From contig JBHLKY010000012.1 of assembly GCA_048886185.1 (NCBI GenBank), forward strand, positions 97,981-129,980: a DNA stretch of 32,000 bases. Reading direction: 5' to 3'. Positions 26,316 to 32,000 of the stretch are shown here, one piece after another. The notes below the pieces were generated by a model that did not search any database, had not been told where the DNA came from, and worked only from the letters and a program-made list of their open reading frames with translations. Position 1 is the first letter of the stretch; each line of letters opens with the position of its first letter. Made by a program: the position numbers and the translations under genes. The stretch is from Candidatus Hermodarchaeota archaeon. Its GTDB lineage: Archaea > Asgardarchaeota > Heimdallarchaeia > Hodarchaeales > Hodarchaeaceae.

Positions 26316-26984
26316 ATGAAAAATGACTTCCCTTCTGTTCTGTATTTATATGGATTTGCTTCTGGGCCTCAATCTTGTAAAGCTCAATTTTTTAAGGAAA
26401 AGTTTTCTTTGTTAAAAATCCATTTTGATATTTTTGATTATATTCCAAATGAGGAAGCCTTTAGCAACTTAAGAACATCTTCATTGCTAGATGATCTACA
26501 TTCATACATTCAAGCAAATTATGAAAATAGTTTAATTTTATTTGGATCAAGTTTTGGGGCTCTTATTTCAGCTTGGTATGCTAGTAGATACCCAAAAAAG
26601 ATCGAGAAACTGATTCTTATGGCACCCGCTCTACGATTTTCAACATCATTTATATGTCAGGCACTTGGGACAGATCCTTCAATTTGGGAAAGGAAGGGAT
26701 ATGTAAATGTCTCTCATTATCGATATAATAAGGAGGTTCCTCTGAATTTTAGTTTTTATGAAGATCTATTAGAAAATCCACTTCCTAATTTTTGGAAGGA
26801 GGTATTTCTACAACCTATTTTAATTTTCCATGGTAAATTCGATGAGGTTGTTCCACTTATCTGGAGTCAGGAATTCATGGAATTCAATTGGAATGTTACT
26901 CTCCATACTTTAGATGGGGATCATCAACTATTAAATCAAAAAAAAATAATGTGGAAGTTAATAAAAGAATTTTTTAATATTTAA
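26316..26984 (+). CDS. YqiA/YcfP-like alpha/beta esterase
   Basis: YLYGFASGPQS.KA, GSSFG, HGKFDEVVP and GDHQL. Confidence 0.88.
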   Translation: MKNDFPSVLYLYGFASGPQSCKAQFFKEKFSLLKIHFDIFDYIPNEEAFSNLRTSSLLDDLHSYIQANYENSLILFGSSFGALISAWYASRYPKKIEKLILMAPALRFSTSFICQALGTDPSIWERKGYVNVSHYRYNKEVPLNFSFYEDLLENPLPNFWKEVFLQPILIFHGKFDEVVPLIWSQEFMEFNWNVTLHTLDGDHQLLNQKKIMWKLIKEFFNI

Positions 26985-26991
26985 ATTTCTT

Positions 26992-27384
26992 TTAGGAGAT
27001 ATTAAAGATGACTTCTTCTAAATCATTCCTAAGATTCTCAATAAGCTTCTCCATTTCCTTCCCTTCATTTGTTACTGACTTATGTTTCCAGATGAATGAA
27101 TTTTTTGATAATAAAGGCCAAACAGAGAAACCTGTACTCTCTTCATCCTGAATTTCCAAGATAGGAGCAAGAATACGCTCCAAATCCTGACAATTATTGC
27201 TTGAAATCGAAAAGTCGATGAATGGACAATAACAATGATCATTCTGATACAGGAGTGGCCGTGCGTCTTGTGAATAACAAAGAGTGTCCTTCCCCATTTG
27301 AACAACACATCCAGCTTGAAAATCATTTAGTAAGGTTCGGAATGGACAAAAAGATCTCTGGGTGATAGTGAGAGTTCTCATCAT
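26992..27384 (-). CDS. Hypothetical four-Cys protein (paralog of 27550..27957)
   Basis: 130 aa; alignable over its full length with the upstream ORF. Confidence 0.8.
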   Translation of the reverse strand: MMRTLTITQRSFCPFRTLLNDFQAGCVVQMGKDTLCYSQDARPLLYQNDHCYCPFIDFSISSNNCQDLERILAPILEIQDEESTGFSVWPLLSKNSFIWKHKSVTNEGKEMEKLIENLRNDLEEVIFNIS

Positions 27385-27549
27385 TTCCTATAAAACAAAT
27401 ACCTCTTTTAAACCTTGCCAAAGAAAATATCAGAAGCTAGATAAAAGGGCTTTTCCTCAAACTTTATGGATCTTTTCAAATTCATTCTTTAACTTCTATT
27501 ATTATGAAAAAAATTTTTCAAAATTTTGATGGAAAAAATCTATAAAATA

Positions 27550-27957
27550 CTATGTAAGGTTTAGAACAATTTCTTGGAGTTCTTCCCTTACTTTTTGGCT
27601 TAGCTGTTGAATCTCTTTACCTTTTTCTGTTACTAACTCTTTTGTTGGGAACGTAATTTTCGAATCACGGCAGAAAATTGGCCATAAATTTGTTGTCAAC
27701 TCTTGTTCGTCTTGAATAATTAAAATTGACTTCACTATCATATCAATTTCTTTATAGGTATCACCTGATAATACTAATTGCGGCACTAATGGACAAGTAT
27801 AATAATAATCTTGTGTTTTTTCTATCTCATGGCGTATCAAGGGACGTTGATCTCGTGTATAACAGAATGCGTCCTTTCCTAATTGAAGGACACAACCTGC
27901 TTGAAACCCTGGCTTTGCTACCCGAAATGGGCAAAATCCCCTTTTCTCGATTATCAT
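27550..27957 (-). CDS. Hypothetical four-Cys protein (paralog of 26992..27384)
   Basis: 135 aa; shares CPFR, FQAGCV.Q.GKD..CY..D.RPL, CP, IQDE, WP and GKE with the neighbour. Confidence 0.8.
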   Translation of the reverse strand: MIIEKRGFCPFRVAKPGFQAGCVLQLGKDAFCYTRDQRPLIRHEIEKTQDYYYTCPLVPQLVLSGDTYKEIDMIVKSILIIQDEQELTTNLWPIFCRDSKITFPTKELVTEKGKEIQQLSQKVREELQEIVLNLT

Positions 27958-28421
27958 TACTTTTCCAACAACTACTTTACTACTTTTAGAATTGAAGAAA
28001 TGGATTACGGGCTTTCTCTCAATTGTCTTTAAATATTTTGAAAGTCAGTGTTCATTACTTTCATGAATGAACTATGAATTAAAAGACATTACTTTGATCC
28101 ACTTTGCTGATTATTTAAATATATTGAAACAATCGAAGAAAAAGAGGAGGTATAGAAGATACATTCCATTCCCAGAATGTATATATGACATCCATAGAAC
28201 AAAGAGAATCTATCAGGTTAATTTTACATTACCAATTGAGGAAATCGTCACTTCTAATTCTAAATTTGGCTGTTAACTTAAATTAAAATGCCCTAATTTT
28301 AATGAATCAAAATAACTACTTTTATTCACTTAAATTAATTCCTGAAAGCTTATTTTAAGTGACAAGGAATGAAATCCTGAATACAAGAAGATTTGAATTT
28401 AATTAATAGTGGAAGAATATA

Positions 28422-29612
28422 ATGATGAGTAATGATGAATTAAGGCAGATTCTGATTAAGGAAGCAAAAGCTTCTGAAGAATATGTAATTGAAAAGCGAC
28501 GTCAAATTCATATGTACCCTGAAACCTCTTATGAAGAGGAAAAGACAGCTTCTTTGATTGAAAAAGAGTTGCATGAAATAGGATATACAACAGAACGAAT
28601 AGCCAAAACTGGTGTTCTAGCAACCCTCAAAGGTGCAGAAAAAGGAAAAACAATTGCTCTCAGAGCTGACATTGATGCTTTAAATATTACTGAAGAAAAT
28701 GACGTACCTTTCCGCAGCACACTTCCAGGAAAAATGCATGCTTGTGGACATGATGCTCATGTTGCTATGCTCTTAGGGGCAGCAAGGATATTATTCAAAT
28801 ATAAAGATTATCTTAAAGGGACTTTAAAACTTATTTTTCAGCCAGCAGAGGAAGGGGGGGCAGGTGGAGAAAAAATTGTCAAGGAAGGCTATATAGATGA
28901 TGTTGACTTCATATTTGGTATTCATGTTTGGCATGAACTATTATCAGGAGTGATAGGCACAAGAAAAGGACCAATGATGGCATCTGCAGATGATTTTTGT
29001 ATTACTATTAAAGGTAAAGGAGGACATGCTGCTGCTCCCCATCAAGCTATAGATCCAACAGCAGTTTTGGTAGATATTTACAATGCGTTACAAAAACTAA
29101 TTAGTCGTGAGATTGATCCTTTTGCAAATGTTGTGTTAACTGCGCCCATGTTTGATGGTAGTGACGCCTTCAACGTTATTCCTACTAAAGCAACATTGAA
29201 GGGAACTTTTAGAACAATGGATCCTGATATTCGAATTTTCATCATTAAACGGATAAAAGAAATAGTAGAAGGTTATAGTAAAGCATGGCGTTGTGATGGA
29301 AATGTTGATCTAGGTATGATCGCTGCTTATCCACCATTATTAAATGATGCCCAAACGGTAGACAATGTAACTTCAATACTTGAAAGTTTGGACACTGTGA
29401 TACAAATGAATCCCTCTATGGGTGGTGAGGACTTTGCTTTCTATCTGGAAAAGACTAGAGGTATTTTTATTGCTCTAGGTATCTATAACGAAAAAAAAGG
29501 AATAACTTTCCCACATCATCATCCAAAATTCGATGTTGATGAAACAATCTTGTGGAAAGGAACAGCCATCCATACTTTATTGGGATTTTATTCATTCTTT
29601 ACAACTTTATAA
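28422..29612 (+). CDS. M20D family amidohydrolase/carboxypeptidase
   Basis: ALRADIDAL, MHACGHDAH, FQPAEEGG, GKGGHAA, GEDF and HHPKF. Confidence 0.95.
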   Translation: MMSNDELRQILIKEAKASEEYVIEKRRQIHMYPETSYEEEKTASLIEKELHEIGYTTERIAKTGVLATLKGAEKGKTIALRADIDALNITEENDVPFRSTLPGKMHACGHDAHVAMLLGAARILFKYKDYLKGTLKLIFQPAEEGGAGGEKIVKEGYIDDVDFIFGIHVWHELLSGVIGTRKGPMMASADDFCITIKGKGGHAAAPHQAIDPTAVLVDIYNALQKLISREIDPFANVVLTAPMFDGSDAFNVIPTKATLKGTFRTMDPDIRIFIIKRIKEIVEGYSKAWRCDGNVDLGMIAAYPPLLNDAQTVDNVTSILESLDTVIQMNPSMGGEDFAFYLEKTRGIFIALGIYNEKKGITFPHHHPKFDVDETILWKGTAIHTLLGFYSFFTTL

Positions 29613-29634
29613 TCAGCGAGGAAATAAGGATTAT

Positions 29635-30495
29635 CTAATCTTTTTTCCTTGTTTCCATTTTCAAAAAGAAAATCCATGAAAAAACAACTGCTATTGTGAA
29701 TACTGTGACAAGAAATGTAATAGCATTATTTACATCATTATGTGTAGCAATGCGTTCATCTTCGGTCATAAAATGAAAGTTAGAAATTAAGAATACTCGA
29801 AAATAGGTTGAGAATTCTAATATATCTTCAGAAGCAAACCCCAGATAGATTGAGCTAAAAATAAAAAATGGGATTACAAAAAATACGAAAACTGGTATAC
29901 CACTACCCATACCACTTAAAGATTTAAATTTCATGACCATAGTATTCCCCAAAATGGTGACCATTAATGGTACAAGGGATACAGCGATTAACAGGATGAA
30001 AGCACTTAAAAATTGATCAAAACTGATTGGTAAGTCTTGTTTCCATGTGATAAAGGCTAGAACACAAGCAATCCAAGTGAAAATGCTTGTGATTACTATT
30101 ACAATCAGAGCCGAGACTGTTTTTCCCACATAAAGCTCAAATCGCTTTGTAGATGACAACAAGATTTCTATGGCTGATTCATGGAGGAACAATTCTTGAA
30201 TTACAACAATAGAAATTAGAATATTAATGATATAAGCAAAAGTAATGTAAATTTGCAATAGATAGCCCACAAACCATTGATATCCATCCCTGTGTAAGTC
30301 AATATTGAGTGACGCGGTTTCGCCAGCGTAGCTCACATATAGAAGTGTTGGGACAAAACAAAACACCACTAGAAATAATGTTCGATTTGATAATAAATAG
30401 CGAGTAGTTTCATATTTTATGACAATGAAACAATTACGTATTGAAAACAACACTCCATAGAATAGATTTCTAAGAGTAATAATGTTACTTGTCAT
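29635..30495 (-). CDS. ABC-2 type exporter permease
   Basis: About 6 TM helices, IEILLSS...R..LYVGK motif, 2 bp downstream of an ABC ATPase. Confidence 0.8.
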   Translation of the reverse strand: MTSNIITLRNLFYGVLFSIRNCFIVIKYETTRYLLSNRTLFLVVFCFVPTLLYVSYAGETASLNIDLHRDGYQWFVGYLLQIYITFAYIINILISIVVIQELFLHESAIEILLSSTKRFELYVGKTVSALIVIVITSIFTWIACVLAFITWKQDLPISFDQFLSAFILLIAVSLVPLMVTILGNTMVMKFKSLSGMGSGIPVFVFFVIPFFIFSSIYLGFASEDILEFSTYFRVFLISNFHFMTEDERIATHNDVNNAITFLVTVFTIAVVFSWIFFLKMETRKKD

Positions 30496-30497
30496 AA

Positions 30498-31157
30498 TTA
30501 ATCTCTTCTCTTAATAGGAAAATGTATGTGACGAAAATTAGCGAAGTGTTCTTCGTTGTGAGATGCAGCAATAACAATATTGTTATTATTAACATATTCA
30601 AGTAAGCAATCTTTCAATTTTTCCCTCATTTCCTGATCTAAGTTATCATAGGGTTCATCGAGCAGCAATACCTTTGGTTGATTTAATAGTGCAGAGCAGA
30701 GTCCTAAACGTCGACGCATCCCCTCACTATATACACTGACATCAATATTACGCCATTTAATAAGACCAAAATCTTCAAGTAGTTCAATAGATCTTTTCTT
30801 CGCATCTTTCATCCCCATCAAGTTACCTAAATAACATAAAAAAGTTAAACTGGATATTCCTGGATGAAATTTACATTCTTCAGGCATGAATCCAAGTAAA
30901 TTCAACAATTTTCTGCTTCTCTGCTTTGTATTATGACCATAGATCAGTATTTTTCCTTCAGAAGGCATTAGTAAAGTAGCTATCATACGTAAAAGAGTAG
31001 ATTTTCCAGATCCATTAGCTCCAAGAAGAAGTACAGATTCACCACTAGAAATGGTTAAGGATAAATTATCGATAACTCTAACCTTAAGACTAGCTCTCCA
31101 AATAAGAAAGCTTTTACTAACATTCTGAATTTGAATTTCATTTACCAAAATTTTCAT
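30498..31157 (-). CDS. ABC transporter ATP-binding protein (exporter type)
   Basis: Walker A GANGSGKST, signature YSEGMRRR, Walker B LLLDEP and H-loop ASH. Confidence 0.95.
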   Translation of the reverse strand: MKILVNEIQIQNVSKSFLIWRASLKVRVIDNLSLTISSGESVLLLGANGSGKSTLLRMIATLLMPSEGKILIYGHNTKQRSRKLLNLLGFMPEECKFHPGISSLTFLCYLGNLMGMKDAKKRSIELLEDFGLIKWRNIDVSVYSEGMRRRLGLCSALLNQPKVLLLDEPYDNLDQEMREKLKDCLLEYVNNNNIVIAASHNEEHFANFRHIHFPIKRRD

Positions 31158-31292
31158 CCTAGTGCTTAAAACTCACGGTATTCATAATTATGTGATCAAC
31201 TTTTTGAAGTATTCTTCAAGATAAAAATAGGTGGTTGAATAATCTCTTTTTAAATGGAAAAAGTTTTTTTTAGGATGTGTAAGTTGTAAACA

Positions 31293-32000
31293 ATGAAATC
31301 AAAAAATATGCTTAGCTTGATCTTGGTCATATTTTTCAGTTTTTTGATTATTTTTCCTTTTTATGAAACCACAGCAAAATCAAATCAGCGATTACTACCT
31401 TTTATTGGGATGGTTGTTAATTATAAACTGAATGTTAAAATCGAAGGCATCCCTTTTCCAGTTACAGCGAATTGGACGGTAACTTGGGAGCAATATAATG
31501 TTACGGCTCCAAGTGTCTTTATATCAAATTTAACAGTCAAATCCACCTATATAACCTTCATCACTTTTGTGGATCGTGAGTCTGGAATCATTATTGAGAA
31601 CAGGACTTCCCGAGAGGTTCTATTTATCAACTTAACTGATACAACTTTCTTACAAATATTATACGATCTATATTTTTCCCCTGATCGGCGAAATTACTCA
31701 CCATTTTACATTGATCCAACAGATATGAGTATAGGTGATCATATTAATGTTTATAGCTTTAATATGACTGTAGTTGCAACTGATCGAGTATCAGTGGCTG
31801 ATTTTGGATGGCGGAATGTCTGGATCGTCCAAACCAAAGAGACAGAAGAGAATGTTGAACACTTTATTAGCTTAATTTATGATAATAGAACAGGATTACT
31901 GGTAGGTGGGCGAATATTTACTAGATGGTTTTGGAGCGACGGATCACAGCGGAGATATGATGTGAAAATAATTTGTCAAAATACCAATGCATTAAACAGA
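31293..32000 (+). CDS. Secreted, putatively N-glycosylated surface protein; 3' end runs off the window
   Basis: Read manually: MKSKNMLSLILVIFFSFLIIFPF... signal or anchor, open for 236 codons to the edge, beta-rich, with 8 N-x-S/T sequons. Confidence 0.8.
   Translation, partial: MKSKNMLSLILVIFFSFLIIFPFYETTAKSNQRLLPFIGMVVNYKLNVKIEGIPFPVTANWTVTWEQYNVTAPSVFISNLTVKSTYITFITFVDRESGIIIENRTSREVLFINLTDTTFLQILYDLYFSPDRRNYSPFYIDPTDMSIGDHINVYSFNMTVVATDRVSVADFGWRNVWIVQTKETEENVEHFISLIYDNRTGLLVGGRIFTRWFWSDGSQRRYDVKIICQNTNALNR

Noticed and set aside
27505-27530. A/T-run quasi-palindrome between the tandem paralogs
   Set aside because: Low-complexity poly-A/poly-T, expected by chance and consistent with a simple T-tract terminator.
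28067-28276. 69-aa basic ORF (SKKKRRYRRY) in the largest intergenic gap
   Set aside because: No clear RBS or recognisable motif. It may be a real small protein but I cannot support it; ribosome profiling or homolog conservation would decide.
17524-28720. Short ORFs 17524..17748, 17904..18215, 17927..18130, 19561..19806, 19819..20034, 19973..20158, 20765..21148, 23663..23872, 24594..24800, 27072..27326, 27726..27989 and 28529..28720
   Set aside because: Alternative-frame or antisense shadows of supported genes.
1-32000. tRNA/rRNA genes, CRISPR arrays, IS elements, integrases and defence systems
   Set aside because: Intergenic regions are short (under 470 bp) and AT-rich. I saw no cloverleaf, spaced direct repeats, terminal inverted repeats or nuclease/transposase motifs by eye.

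Overview
AT-rich, gene-dense window of an archaeal genome, most likely an Asgard archaeon such as Heimdallarchaeia/Hodarchaeales. This is inferred from GGAGG/GGTGA ribosome-binding sites, T-tract terminators, a PGF-CTERM-type surface protein, two tungsten/molybdopterin AOR-family oxidoreductases and a SAMP/MoaD-type ubiquitin-fold protein, mixed with bacterial-looking enzymes (TpiA, CitF, M20D). It is mostly metabolic: two AOR-family genes (one with a 4x[4Fe-4S] partner), an isocitrate/isopropylmalate-family dehydrogenase with an HD protein, an orphan citF, an SDR-DinB-NMNAT-PncC-like operon, a DtxR-like regulator with a ZIP transporter, tpiA, dodecin, NUDIX, several hydrolases, an ABC-2 exporter and two cell-surface proteins. 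I found no rRNA, tRNA, CRISPR array, transposase or integrase. The most interesting points are: (1) a ubiquitin-fold protein whose di-Gly is capped by a CaaX-like tail (GGG-CLAL), about 2 kb from a degenerate CPBP/CAAX-protease fusion, although a TGA>TGT stop loss could explain it; (2) an AUR1/IPC-synthase-like PAP2 enzyme; (3) a tandem pair of unrecognised four-Cys proteins; (4) a possible GOR-type GAP oxidoreductase near a TPI with an altered lid loop; (5) several proteins with degenerate catalytic motifs. All family calls come from motif recognition by eye, not from database searches. The long ORFs at both window edges are missing from the supplied ORF track and were read manually.
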